This document shows positions 19,048 to 31,927 of a stretch of 64,000 nt of DNA, one piece after another (positions within the stretch are counted from its first letter, which is position 1; every line of letters starts with the position of its first letter). The position numbers and the translations under genes were made by a program. Origin of the DNA: Deltaproteobacteria bacterium. GTDB taxonomy: Bacteria > Desulfobacterota > Binatia > UBA12015. Where the stretch lies: contig JAYGCM010000009.1 in assembly GCA_046583355.1 (NCBI GenBank), positions 1 to 64,000 on the forward strand, given 5' to 3'. The notes under the pieces were generated by a model. It was not told the DNA's origin. It made no database searches and worked only from the letters and a program-made list of their open reading frames with translations.

Positions 19048-20025
19048 TCAGCCTTTGGCCGGACGCCATTGATGCAGCGTCAGCTCCTCGTCGATCTTCT
19101 TGAAGGTGAGCTCCAGCGGCATGCCGATCTCGATGTCCTTCTTCTCGACGTCAATCAGGTTGGTCACCATGCGCACGCCTTCTTCGAGCTCAACCAGCCC
19201 GATCGGATTCGGGTAGTCAAAAGGCGGCACCGGCGGATAATGCATCACCACGAAGCTGTAGAGCGTGCCCCGGCCGCAGGCTTCGACATACTCCCATTCC
19301 AGCCCCTGGCATTTCGGGCACATCGGGTCCGGCGGCGCCTGCAGGTGGCCGCAGCCGGCACATTTCTGAATCAGCAGCTTCTCTTCTTTGAGGCCGTTCC
19401 AGAAAAAAGCGTTGTCCAGGGTGATGCCCGGATGCGGCCGCTCGCGCTTGGCTGCTTCTTTCTTCGGCGCGCCGGGCTTCTTCGCCCGTGGCTTGAATTT
19501 GAGCAGACGCCAGCGCATCGTCGCGACGATGTCGCCGCTATCTTCGGTCCATTTATAGAGCTGGGTAATGAAATGCCCCATGCCGAGGCCGGTCTTTTTC
19601 TCGGGCGAGACATCCTCGATCGTGACCTCGCAGCTGAGATGGTCGCCCAGCTTCACGTAGCGCATATATTCCTGGTCAGCGCCGACCGCTACGACTGATG
19701 TAAAACCGCCCTCGTCGAGAATCTGCCAGATCTGCTGCTGCACGCTCTTCTCGCCGCCGCTCGGTGCGGGTGCGCCGCGCAGACCGGCCATCGTCCAGGC
19801 CTGGATCATCCCCGGAGGCGCGACAATTCCGCCATGCGCGCTCAGAGCTGCCCGCTCCGGGTCGGTGTAGATGGGGTTGTCGTCCTCCATCGCATCACAC
19901 CAATGGCGAATCATCGGCTGATTCACGGCGTCGTGTGCGCGCAACGGCGCACCTGTCGTGCGCCCCTCGAAAGCCTTGAGCTTCGCGAGCCGCTCCTGCT
20001 GTTCCGGTGTCGCTTCGTCCGACAT
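19048..20025 (-). CDS. MaoC-like plus DUF35 (Zn-ribbon/OB-fold) hydratase subunit, ChsH2-like
   Basis: VNQPMIRHWCDAMEDDNPIY, APPGMIQAWTM; C-terminal CAGC..PPDPMCPKC and GTLYSFVVMH..VELEEGVRMV. Confidence 0.88.
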   Translation of the reverse strand: MSDEATPEQQERLAKLKAFEGRTTGAPLRAHDAVNQPMIRHWCDAMEDDNPIYTDPERAALSAHGGIVAPPGMIQAWTMAGLRGAPAPSGGEKSVQQQIWQILDEGGFTSVVAVGADQEYMRYVKLGDHLSCEVTIEDVSPEKKTGLGMGHFITQLYKWTEDSGDIVATMRWRLLKFKPRAKKPGAPKKEAAKRERPHPGITLDNAFFWNGLKEEKLLIQKCAGCGHLQAPPDPMCPKCQGLEWEYVEACGRGTLYSFVVMHYPPVPPFDYPNPIGLVELEEGVRMVTNLIDVEKKDIEIGMPLELTFKKIDEELTLHQWRPAKG

Positions 20026-20034
20026 GCTCTCCCC

Positions 20035-21204
20035 CTATTTCCGCGGCAAGCCGAGGCCCATCGTCGCTACGATAGTCCTCTGAATCTCGTTTACGCCGCC
20101 ACCGAAAGTATTGATCTGGCAAGCGCGGTATTCACGCTCGATGGCGCCGAGCAGCAGCGCACCCGGCGAGTCGGCTTTGAGCAAGCCGGGCGTGCCGAGA
20201 ATATCGAGCAACAGACTATAGACCTCGATCAGAGTCTCGGTACCATAGACCTTCACGCCCGAGGCATTGGCCGGCGGCAGCCTGCCCTGCTCGACCATCC
20301 ACGCCATGCGCCAATTCATTACCTTGGCCGCCTCGACTCGCGCGTAGGCTTCGCCGATGGCGTTCTGCACCCAGGGCTGATCGGCGACCTTGCGGCCATC
20401 GTCGGCCTCGGTCGTGCGCGCCCAATGGATCACATCTTCGACAATGCGGGCGGCCACACACCCCCATGCACCCAGCCCGATGCGCTCATGGTTGAGCTGC
20501 GTGGTGATGATCTTCCAGCCGGCATTCTCTTCGCCAATGCGCATGGTAACGGGAACGCGGACGTCCTCGTAATAACTCATATGCGTGCGGCCGGCGCCGA
20601 CGGTATGGATCGGCGTCGCACTAAAGCCCGGCTGCTTGGTATCGGCGATCAGCATCGTGATGCCCTTATGCTTCTTCACGTCCGGGTCGGTGCGCGTAGC
20701 CAGCCAGATGAAATCGGCGTCGCCAGCACCCGAGGTAAACATCTTGGTGCCGTTGACCACATACTCATCGCCGTTGCGGACGGCGCGCGTCTGCAACGAG
20801 GCGAGATCGGTGCCGGCCATCGGCTCGGAGTAGCCAATGGCAAAATGAACCTCGCCGGCAAGAATCATCGGCAGGAATTTCTTCTTCTGCTCTTCGGTGC
20901 CGTGCAGCATCAGCGCGGGGCCGACCGTATTGAGCGTGACGAAGGGCAGCGGCGCACTGGTGCGACGGGCCTCATCGACGAAGATGAGCTGCTCCAAAGC
21001 CGTGAAGCCGTGGCCGCCGTATTCCTTCGGCCAGCCGACACCGAGCCAGCCATCCTTGCCGATTTGGCGGATGGACTCCTTGTATTCCGCGCCCTGGTAG
21101 ACACCCACGAGGGTCTTCTTGCGCTCGGGAGTCATCAGAGCTTCGAAATAGCTGCGAATTTCGCTGCGTAATTTTTTCTGTTCCGGCGTGAAGTCTACGT
21201 ACAT
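20035..21204 (-). CDS. Acyl-CoA dehydrogenase, catalytic subunit (ChsE2/FadE29-like)
   Basis: GWPKEYGG, FAIGYSEPMAGTDLASL, TTQLNHER (catalytic Glu), INTFGGGVNEIQR. Confidence 0.88.
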   Translation of the reverse strand: MYVDFTPEQKKLRSEIRSYFEALMTPERKKTLVGVYQGAEYKESIRQIGKDGWLGVGWPKEYGGHGFTALEQLIFVDEARRTSAPLPFVTLNTVGPALMLHGTEEQKKKFLPMILAGEVHFAIGYSEPMAGTDLASLQTRAVRNGDEYVVNGTKMFTSGAGDADFIWLATRTDPDVKKHKGITMLIADTKQPGFSATPIHTVGAGRTHMSYYEDVRVPVTMRIGEENAGWKIITTQLNHERIGLGAWGCVAARIVEDVIHWARTTEADDGRKVADQPWVQNAIGEAYARVEAAKVMNWRMAWMVEQGRLPPANASGVKVYGTETLIEVYSLLLDILGTPGLLKADSPGALLLGAIEREYRACQINTFGGGVNEIQRTIVATMGLGLPRK

Positions 21205-21220
21205 TCGATCGAGCCTTTCA

Positions 21221-21234
21221 CTGACACGTGTTCA
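21221..21234. promoter_or_regulatory. Putative operator copy 4 (CTGACACGTGTTCA)
   Basis: 16 nt upstream of the first gene of the igr-like operon; within an extended inverted repeat TCACTGA..TCAGTGA. Confidence 0.65.
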
Positions 21235-21298
21235 GTGAGTTAGTAGCGAATGGCCCGGCCGCGTCAAAGTTGACGGTCTGGCCGGACCTCCCGGTAGT

Positions 21299-23704
21299 TC
21301 AGCGGGCGGGCTTGTCGCCGATGATGCCTGCCGCGCGCAGCTCGGCCAGCGTCTCCTCAGAGAAGCCCAGCTCGCCGCCGAGAATTTCGTCATTATGCTG
21401 GCCCAACGTGGGCGCGTTCGAGCGGTATTGCTGCTCGGGGCCGAAAGAGAAGCGGAAGGGGAAGAGCGGGTAGCGTTTCTCGCCCGAGTAGGGGTGGACG
21501 AGGTCCTCGAACCAGCCGCGCGCTTCGAGGTGCTCGTGGCCATAGCTCTCGCTGGCCGGAATGATGTTCTTTACTACGGGAATGCCGGCGCCTTGGAGAA
21601 TCTCCACGGCGGCATCGGCAGACCGCGCCGACGTCCAGGCGCGCAAGGCAGCGTCGATCTCGTCGTGGTGGGCGCGGCGCCCCTCGGCCGTCGCGAGCTT
21701 CTCGGCCGCCGCCCACGCGGGCGCGCCCAGCACGTCTACAACACGCGCCCAATCGGCATCGTCACGCACCGAAAGCGAAATCCAGCGTTCGTCATTGCCG
21801 GGGTACGAGCCCTGCGGCGCGTAGACCGGGTGGCGGTTGCCGTGGCGCCCCTGCACCTCGCCGGTCATCGAGTGGGCGATGATCTGCTCAGCTGTGAGGC
21901 AGATGGCGGTTTCGAGCTGCGGCATCTCAATCAGCTGGCCGCGGCCGGTTTTCTCACGGTGCAGAAGAGCCGCCTGCAACGCGGTTGCTGCATGCATCGA
22001 GACAACGCAATCGAGAAAGCCGCCGGGGTTCAGCGGATCGCCGCCTTCGTGGCCCGTCACCCAGCACATACCGGCGACCTGCTCGAGCACCAATGCGTAG
22101 GCGACCCAATCTTTCCAAGGGCCTTCCAAGCCGAAGCCCGGCATGCGAATCATCAACAATTCGGGCCGGAGCTTGACCAACTCTTCCCAGCCCAGACCGA
22201 AGTTGGTCATGACGCGGGGCGAGAAATTCTCAATCAGAACGTCGGCCTCGCGAACCAGGTCGCGGAAAATCTCGCGCCCTTCTTCGCGCCCGAGGTCGAG
22301 CGTGATCTCGCGTTTGCCGAGGTTGGTGGCCTGAAAAGTACCGCCCATCTCATACCATTTTTCGCCCAATTGGGTGAAAGTCTGGATGAAGCGGTAGCCG
22401 TCGGGGCGTTGGATGGATTCGACCTTGACGACATCGGCACCCAGCGTCGCCAGGTACATCGCGAGGTAGGGACCAGCCCAGAAGGTGCCGAGGTCGAGGA
22501 CCCGCAGGCCCTTGAAGGGAAGATAAGGCTCGCCGCTCGTATGCGTCGGCGCCGGTCGTTCGCGCAGCTCCCAGGGGGCCGCGCGCAGAGCCTCGGTATC
22601 GGCGCCCAGCGCGGGTGCCACGGTACGCAGTCGCGGGCCGGTCTCGCTCATGCGGAAGGGAAAGCCCGGGCGCTCGAAGTCCCCGCTTGGGTCCTGCACG
22701 AAGAAGGGCCGCTGCAAATGCTGCTCGTAGGTGCGAATCGAGGCGCCGTTGCCGAGCGGACCCGCAGGAATCCGGAAGGCTTGGCCCAGCGTTACCGCCT
22801 CCTCCATCGTATGCTCATCGAGCCAGCCGCGGATCGCGGCGAAAAACTTGGCCTGGTAATCCGGATCAGTCTGGATATTCTTTTGCTTGTCGGCGAATTC
22901 CGGCGCCTCCAGCAGCGTGCAGATATCCACCCAACTCTGGGCGGTCAGCGCGTTCAGGCCGATCCAGCCATCGCGCACCTGCAGAGCGCCCGGTACCGGC
23001 GTGAAGCGCTTCTGCGGCGGCGGCATGCCGACGGCCGCGAGGTTCTGCACAAAGAGCATCGGGTAGGGAAGCGTGCCGAGAAAGGCCTCCATGCCACACA
23101 CATCGACTTCGACGGCCTTGCCGGTATCGCGCGCTGCACGCACGGCGGTAAGAGCCGTGGCCGCGGCGTAGCCCGCCATATGGTACTCGGCGAGCCGCCC
23201 GCCACATTGCACGGGGTCTTCGGCCGGACGTCCGTGCGCCGAGACCCAGCCGCCAGCGGCCATCGCGACAAATTCGGTCGCGGGGCGCCCCGCCCACGGC
23301 CCGGTCTGGCCGAAGCCGGAGACCCGGCAAAGAGCGATCTGCGGGTTTGCTTCCTTCAGTACGTCAAAACCGCAGCCCAATGCTTCGAGCACGCCCTGCT
23401 CGCCCGAGGCGACGACGAGGTCCGCGCCGCGAACCAAGGCGAGAAACGCGGCCCTATCCGTCGCATCGCGGAGGTCAAGCGCGACGCTGCGCTTGCCCAT
23501 ATTGAGGTAGCGAAAGAGACCGCCGGCCTCCTTATCGCCCTCACGGCCCTTGGGGAAAGGCCCCCATATGCGCAAGGCATCGCCCTGCTCGGGGGCCTCA
23601 ACCTTGACGACATCGGCACCGAGATCGGCCAGCAGCCGGGTCGCATACGCGTTGGAGACATCCTCGCCAAGCTCGAGGACGCGAAGTTCAGAAAGAGCAT
23701 CCAT
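21299..23704 (-). CDS. Family III CoA-transferase (CaiB/BaiF), fused double domain
   Basis: Two repeats of LRVL[ED]L..LGADVVKVE..N.GKR..LDL..APxLG. Confidence 0.9.
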   Translation of the reverse strand: MDALSELRVLELGEDVSNAYATRLLADLGADVVKVEAPEQGDALRIWGPFPKGREGDKEAGGLFRYLNMGKRSVALDLRDATDRAAFLALVRGADLVVASGEQGVLEALGCGFDVLKEANPQIALCRVSGFGQTGPWAGRPATEFVAMAAGGWVSAHGRPAEDPVQCGGRLAEYHMAGYAAATALTAVRAARDTGKAVEVDVCGMEAFLGTLPYPMLFVQNLAAVGMPPPQKRFTPVPGALQVRDGWIGLNALTAQSWVDICTLLEAPEFADKQKNIQTDPDYQAKFFAAIRGWLDEHTMEEAVTLGQAFRIPAGPLGNGASIRTYEQHLQRPFFVQDPSGDFERPGFPFRMSETGPRLRTVAPALGADTEALRAAPWELRERPAPTHTSGEPYLPFKGLRVLDLGTFWAGPYLAMYLATLGADVVKVESIQRPDGYRFIQTFTQLGEKWYEMGGTFQATNLGKREITLDLGREEGREIFRDLVREADVLIENFSPRVMTNFGLGWEELVKLRPELLMIRMPGFGLEGPWKDWVAYALVLEQVAGMCWVTGHEGGDPLNPGGFLDCVVSMHAATALQAALLHREKTGRGQLIEMPQLETAICLTAEQIIAHSMTGEVQGRHGNRHPVYAPQGSYPGNDERWISLSVRDDADWARVVDVLGAPAWAAAEKLATAEGRRAHHDEIDAALRAWTSARSADAAVEILQGAGIPVVKNIIPASESYGHEHLEARGWFEDLVHPYSGEKRYPLFPFRFSFGPEQQYRSNAPTLGQHNDEILGGELGFSEETLAELRAAGIIGDKPAR

Positions 23705-23894
23705 GCAGGAAAAACCACCAGAATCCACGGGTTTCGCAGCACCTCCTGGCGCAGAAACCCATTCAATAGTTGCTTTCTAGCCGCCGACCCACGGCTGTGC
23801 AATCACTAATCGAATTTCCGAATCTTCGCTCGGATCCCATCCCGGAGGGTTCCTGCTCGCTTCCCGGAGTCTTCTCGCTTCCCGAGACTTTCAC

Positions 23895-24497
23895 TCAATC
23901 GCGGAACGGAATCGCCCGGCGCAGCTTGCGGAAAACAAAGGCCGCATAGAGCGGCGCACCGACCGAGGCGGCGGCCAGGAAGGCCGGCAGGAAGCCCAGC
24001 CAGGTCACTGGGCCGATGAGGTAGAGAATATCCTCGATCTCGAAGCCCCCGGCAGCGGGTTGATCGGGCACGCCCGCGCCGGTTACGCGACTGATGCGAT
24101 CATGCAGCACGAAGATGCTGACGAAGGCAGCACCGCTAGCAATGCCCTGCAAGATCGGCAGCGTTTCCCCGGTCATACGCGCCACACCGACGCCCATCGC
24201 GGTGAACACCATCGATTTCACGATGAGGTCAGACGCACGGTCGAATTTATGGCCGAATTCCGAGGTCTTGCCGCTGAGGCGGGCCAGCTCTCCGTCCATA
24301 TGGTCGGCGAACATCGAGAGCATATAAAGGGACGCGCCGAGCGCCATCGCCCAGCGGCTACCGCCGGCATAGCTGGCTGCGCCAAGCAGACCGATCGCGA
24401 GCGAGAGCGCCGTCAGGTGATTGGGGTGCACGCGAGTCTGCGCCAGCGGGGCAATGCACGCACGCGCAAGGCGACTATCAAAGGTACTCCCGGCCAT
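23895..24497 (-). CDS. CDP-alcohol phosphatidyltransferase family protein
   Basis: HPNHLT and DHMDGELARLSGKTSEFGHKFDRASD signature; hydrophobic. Confidence 0.9.
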   Translation of the reverse strand: MAGSTFDSRLARACIAPLAQTRVHPNHLTALSLAIGLLGAASYAGGSRWAMALGASLYMLSMFADHMDGELARLSGKTSEFGHKFDRASDLIVKSMVFTAMGVGVARMTGETLPILQGIASGAAFVSIFVLHDRISRVTGAGVPDQPAAGGFEIEDILYLIGPVTWLGFLPAFLAAASVGAPLYAAFVFRKLRRAIPFRD

Positions 24498-24508
24498 TTT
24501 TTTCTGCT

Positions 24509-25681
24509 TTACTCGGGCACGGGCAGGTTCTCGCGCAAATAGCGCACGAGGTTGCCGCCCATGATCTGACCGACCTCGGGGCGGGTGAAGCCCTCGGCCA
24601 GCAATGCCTGCGTGAGCGCCGGTAGCTCGGACGCATCCACCATGACCGTGGTGCCACCGTCCCAATCCGAACCCAACGCGACATGGTCGATGCCGGCCAC
24701 CGAGACCGCGCCGCGGATTGCCCGGGCGATTCCCGCCGGCGTGATATCGCAGACCGCCGCATCCCAGAAGCCGATGCCGATCAGGCCGCCGCGCTCGCCG
24801 ATCTTCCGCATCAAGCGGTCGGAAATATTTCGCGGCGACGGGCAAATACTATGAATGCCGGTATGCGAGACCACCAGCGGTACCTCGACCATGGCCAGCA
24901 CCTCCTCGACCACGGCCGGCGAGGAATGCGCCACATCGAGCATGATCTTTTGCCGGACCAGTTCGAGGACAACTTCGCGGCCGAAGGGCGTAAGGCCGGA
25001 TTTGCTCTGGCCGTGCAGCGAACCGCCGAGGCTATTGTCGAAAAAATGCTGCAAGCTCATCATTCGGAAGCCGGCGCCGCGCAGCTCCGCGATGCTCGCC
25101 AATTCGCCGTCCAAAGCATGCGAGCCTTCGGTCGCCAGCAATCCGCCAAGAACCGACTCGCCGCGGGCGCGCCGCGCCAGCACCTCTTCGAGATCACCCC
25201 GGTCTTCGAGCACCACAAGCCGGTCGGGTGCCCGCGCGGCGGCGTCGTGCAGCCGCGCGGCCTGGTGCAACGCGCGCGCCTTGAGGCTCGTCCAGGTCGC
25301 CAGAGGCCAGCCCTGGATCAGGGCCAGCGCTGTGATGTTATCCGTCTCGGCGGTATTGGATTCGTAATTCTGCCCACTCGGCGTCTTGGTGACAGTCGCG
25401 AAAACCTGCACGGCCGCATTGCCTTCTGCGAGTCGCACAAGGTCGACATGGCCGCGGTTGGCGCGCTCGAGAAGGTCGCGATCCCAGAGCAATGTGTCGG
25501 CGTGCAGATCGCCGACCAACAGAGTCTGGTGGAACGCCCGCGTTGCGTCATCCACCGGCCACGGCGCATGTGGCTCGACTTGGTTGGTCGCACGCTCGAG
25601 CCGGCCCGGCACGACCAGGCGACCCACCACGGCGACAAATACCAAAAGAACAGCGGCAGCAATCAGGATTCGGCGCATCAT
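24509..25681 (-). CDS. Membrane dipeptidase (peptidase M19)
   Basis: N-terminal TM; DLHADT, GHVD, TEG, DVAHSS, SHTG, RNISD, DHVALGSDWDG, IMGGN. Confidence 0.9.
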   Translation of the reverse strand: MMRRILIAAAVLLVFVAVVGRLVVPGRLERATNQVEPHAPWPVDDATRAFHQTLLVGDLHADTLLWDRDLLERANRGHVDLVRLAEGNAAVQVFATVTKTPSGQNYESNTAETDNITALALIQGWPLATWTSLKARALHQAARLHDAAARAPDRLVVLEDRGDLEEVLARRARGESVLGGLLATEGSHALDGELASIAELRGAGFRMMSLQHFFDNSLGGSLHGQSKSGLTPFGREVVLELVRQKIMLDVAHSSPAVVEEVLAMVEVPLVVSHTGIHSICPSPRNISDRLMRKIGERGGLIGIGFWDAAVCDITPAGIARAIRGAVSVAGIDHVALGSDWDGGTTVMVDASELPALTQALLAEGFTRPEVGQIMGGNLVRYLRENLPVPE

Positions 25682-25875
25682 AAGCAAGGCGCGAGATTGG
25701 CTGGATATGAAGTCGGAATCAACCACCGCCGGCACGCACGGCAGTGTCACGACAACCCATACCGCAAGCTGACTGTGGCACTTGCCTGCCATCTACAGAC
25801 TGCACTGCCGAATATTCAGGACTCAGATGGTTTTGATTTTACTCGGTTTTTTGCCGATCTCTCCACGCTCGTGCG

Positions 25876-25892
25876 TTGGCACAGGACTTGGA
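25876..25892 (+). promoter_or_regulatory. Putative sigma54 (-24/-12) promoter
   Basis: TTGGCAC-AGGAC-TTGGA (consensus TGGCAC-N5-TTGC, one mismatch at -12), T-rich tract upstream, about 55 nt before a small ORF. Confidence 0.5.
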
Positions 25893-25946
25893 AGAGAACC
25901 TCTCCAACAACGCGCTGCACAACGCGGCCCGAAAAGGAGAACCGAA

Positions 25947-26084
25947 ATGGAAGCCAAGAGAAACAACGAAACCGCCACCAACCGTCCCGACAACGCCGAG
26001 CGTGACAATACCCGCCGCCTGGCCCGTCGCCTGCGCCGCCGTAGCCGCAGCCAGAGCTTCGCCCGTGCCCGGATTGCCGCATGA
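25947..26084 (+). CDS. Small Arg-rich hypothetical protein (45 aa)
   Basis: Strong SD AAGGAG about 7 nt before ATG; MEAKRNNETATNRPDNAERDNTRRLARRLRRRSRSQSFARARIAA; fills an otherwise empty intergenic gap. Confidence 0.55.
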   Translation: MEAKRNNETATNRPDNAERDNTRRLARRLRRRSRSQSFARARIAA

Positions 26085-26189
26085 TTGCCGGCTGTAAGAC
26101 GGGCCGGGGGCGCTGCTGAACTTTCGGCGTCGCGCAAAGCGGCTCCACCAAATCACGACGAAGGCTCAGCAGCCCTCCCGGCCCGGCAA
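26085..26189 (+). other. Long imperfect RNA hairpin immediately 3' of the small ORF
   Basis: GGGCCGGG/CCCGGCCC, GCTGCTGA/TCAGCAGC and CTTTCG/CGAAGG nested pairings. Confidence 0.6.
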
Positions 26190-26326
26190 AACTATTTCCC
26201 CCGGATCCTCCCGCACGGATTCAGTAAGCGATGAGGCTGGCACCCAACCGGAATGAACACTCCCCCGTTCACGAAGGAAAAGGTGCCGGTCTTTTCGTTT
26301 TGGCGCGCGGTGCCCCGCCTCTCGGC

Positions 26327-29530
<3,204 letters not shown>

Positions 29531-29564
29531 TTAATCTCGAGAATCGACGCTCTCTGCGCAAAGC

Positions 29565-29587
29565 CCGGCTTTTCGGCCGGACCTCTA
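29565..29587 (-). repeat. Dispersed repeat family A copy, overlapping the thioesterase stop codon
   Basis: Minus strand TAGAGGTCCGGCCGAAAAGCCGG. Confidence 0.6.
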
Positions 29588-30043
29588 AATTCCGAAGCGG
29601 CGCAGCTGGTAGAGGTTCTCGGTGAGAGCCACGACTTCGCCGCTCTCGTCTTTGAGTTCGCACTTCCAGGAGTAGTCGGCCTTGCCCTTTTCGTCCGCCT
29701 CGGCCTGAATCTCGGCGACGCGCTCATCTGTCATGCGCACCTCTACCGTGATGTCGGTCTTGGCCGGGCGGCGGAAGCGAATCTTCATATCCTTGACGAT
29801 CGGATAATATTTCTTCGCATCGAAGACCGTCATGAAGAGCGCCCCGCCCGGTAGCTCGGCCAAGGTGAAGAGCGCGCCGGCATACATCATGCCGACGTGA
29901 TTGATATTGGGCTCAAAGGGCATTCGCATTTTGACGTAGCCCTTCTCGCATTCGACCAGCTCGACGCCGGTGCGCTCGGAGAAGGGAATCCCCGTCTCGA
30001 CCGCTTTTTTGATGAACGCCTGTGTTTCTTCCGTAAGTGCCAT
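29585..30043 (-). CDS. Hotdog-fold thioesterase (PaaI/YiiD/DUF4442-like)
   Basis: NINHVGMMYAGALFTLAELPGG..IRFRRPAKTD. Confidence 0.85.
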   Translation of the reverse strand: MALTEETQAFIKKAVETGIPFSERTGVELVECEKGYVKMRMPFEPNINHVGMMYAGALFTLAELPGGALFMTVFDAKKYYPIVKDMKIRFRRPAKTDITVEVRMTDERVAEIQAEADEKGKADYSWKCELKDESGEVVALTENLYQLRRFGI

Positions 30044-30058
30044 GTGAATTGCCTCGGA

Positions 30059-31927
30059 CTAGGCGTCCGGCGTGTACCAGATGGGCGAGGTATAGGCGCG
30101 GTCCTGAACCTGCCGCGGCGCTTCGGCGGGAACCTTCGCGCCGAGGCGTTTCTCGTCGTAGACCGTCCAACGCGGCTTCGGAATCTCGAGCACGCGTACA
30201 TAATAGAAGGCACTTTCGGCCGGATCGAAATCGGGGTCGCGCCAAAAGGCGGTCAGCACGGCGTCGCCCACCGTATTGGTCCAGGTCACCTGCTCAAAAT
30301 CGATGGTCGATTCAATGGTCGCCACCTTGCCGTCGGCTCCCAAGCGGTCGTCGGAGGCGGCAACGTTGTAGACCTTCTCCATCAATTCGCCCTCGGCGCT
30401 ACGCCAGCCCTTGATGATCTGAACACGATCCAGGTTGGCCCCGTGCGGGTCGCGCGCCGCGGTGACGACAAAGACAGGTGCCTCGCCCGCTTTCTGCGGC
30501 AGGTCGCCGCCCATCGGCACGCCCTTGGCGTAGCCGATGCGCGCCGTATCAGGGCGCACGGCATCTTCGGGCTGGTAATCCCAGCCACCGAAGAAGCGCA
30601 CCACCATGCGCGGGCCCGTGGTGGCATAGACCTCTTTGCGCATCATCGCGTCGAAGAGCGCGGCGCGGGTATTCTCCCGTGCCCATACCGCCGCATAGCC
30701 GCTGGCCACCTGCTGCCACGCAGTGATATCGAATTTGGGATCAACGGCCGAAGGGAGGAAGGGGCCATCGACGCGCTCCGCGAGACCGCCCGGCTCAAAC
30801 ATCACCGCCTTGCCCCAGAAATTCGCTTCGGCGCCGGTCGCGAGGGACGTATGTGCGTCGGTGCTGCCGATCATGCCGAATTTGAACGGGTTGATGCCGG
30901 TCTCGGCTTCCAGCTCGAGGCCGAGCTTCAAAGCCGAGCGGGCATACTCATGGGCCAGCATGCCGGGTTTTTTGGGTGTCGTCCCAGTGACGCTGAGGTT
31001 CCCCTGATCCCAGGTCTCGAAGTCGGCAAACTCATCATCGGGCGCGAGCAGCGGGTGTACCTCGGCGTCGCCTTTGATCTGCGTTACCTCGACCAGTGGC
31101 TCGCGTGCCGCACGCTCGGCCGCATAGGCGGCGTCGATTTTCTCGCCCGCCGAATTCTCGACGGCGAACATACGACCATTGCTGACATTGCCATTATGCG
31201 GGATCGCCAGGATCTGCCCGCCGGTAAGGCTCTCGTATTTCCCCATGAACGCCCAGAGGTCCTCCGGTCGCTCGCCATCAAAAGCCGAGAGCGGAATGAG
31301 CTGGGATGCCTTCGCGGCATCATCCTTGTAGATGACAACGCGGTGCAGGTTGTCGCCGCCCGGCATCGAGGTCCACTCGTAGCCGATCAGCGCCGTGAAC
31401 GTGCCGGGGTCATTGGCCGCGTCGGCCATACGCGTGATCTCGCTCCAGATGCTGCGCTTGGACCCCTGGTTGTCGATGATCGGTGTGTTCTTGGCCAGCG
31501 AGCCAATCAGGTCGCCCATCGTCGCACGGACGACATCCGGGTCGTCGGCGCTGAGGCCCGCGGCAATTTTCTGCGCCGCCGGATCTTTCATCAATTCGGC
31601 ATCGCCGGCGCGGATCTTGGGCAGAATTCCCATATATTCGGCGTGATCCGAGACCACGAGGAAATCGAGGGGCACCTGAAGCTTCGCGCGCGCCCCGCTA
31701 TTGCTCGTGACCGCGCCACCCTTGGCGAAGGCATAGGCGTCGGCCGGCGTGAGGCGCGTATTGCCCATCGCGTTGGCGTCCATGCTGAACGAACTATGCA
31801 CATGCGTATCGCCCCAGAAGACCTGGTTGGGGAACTCGTCGCTGGCGTAAGGCGAAAAGTTGACCTCCACGGCAAGGGCGGGCGAAACAGAAAAAATCCA
31901 GACGGCAGCCAGAAGTATGCGCAACAT
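30059..31927 (-). CDS. DUF3604 domain secreted protein (PHP-like metal-binding)
   Basis: Signal peptide; FWGDTHVHSSFSMDA, LDFLVVSDHAEY, GYEWTS, NLHRVV, IPHNGNVSNG, GSTDAH, YATTGPR, QDRAYTSPIWY. Confidence 0.88.
   Translation of the reverse strand: MLRILLAAVWIFSVSPALAVEVNFSPYASDEFPNQVFWGDTHVHSSFSMDANAMGNTRLTPADAYAFAKGGAVTSNSGARAKLQVPLDFLVVSDHAEYMGILPKIRAGDAELMKDPAAQKIAAGLSADDPDVVRATMGDLIGSLAKNTPIIDNQGSKRSIWSEITRMADAANDPGTFTALIGYEWTSMPGGDNLHRVVIYKDDAAKASQLIPLSAFDGERPEDLWAFMGKYESLTGGQILAIPHNGNVSNGRMFAVENSAGEKIDAAYAAERAAREPLVEVTQIKGDAEVHPLLAPDDEFADFETWDQGNLSVTGTTPKKPGMLAHEYARSALKLGLELEAETGINPFKFGMIGSTDAHTSLATGAEANFWGKAVMFEPGGLAERVDGPFLPSAVDPKFDITAWQQVASGYAAVWARENTRAALFDAMMRKEVYATTGPRMVVRFFGGWDYQPEDAVRPDTARIGYAKGVPMGGDLPQKAGEAPVFVVTAARDPHGANLDRVQIIKGWRSAEGELMEKVYNVAASDDRLGADGKVATIESTIDFEQVTWTNTVGDAVLTAFWRDPDFDPAESAFYYVRVLEIPKPRWTVYDEKRLGAKVPAEAPRQVQDRAYTSPIWYTPDA

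Noticed and set aside
21221..21234. Canonical KstR or KstR2 operator
   Set aside because: Core spacing is AC-N4-GT rather than AAC-N2-GTT, and there is no CAAG-N2-CTTG
25947..26084. RiPP precursor or type I toxin
   Set aside because: No modifying enzymes or transporter adjacent; the peptide is hydrophilic and basic with no TM helix
25947..26150. tmRNA or tRNA-Ala (ORF ending in AA, then GGCTCCACCA)
   Set aside because: No T-arm (GTTCRA) before the CCA and no matching 5' acceptor strand; the CCA lies in the loop of a larger hairpin; the ORF has its own SD and ATG
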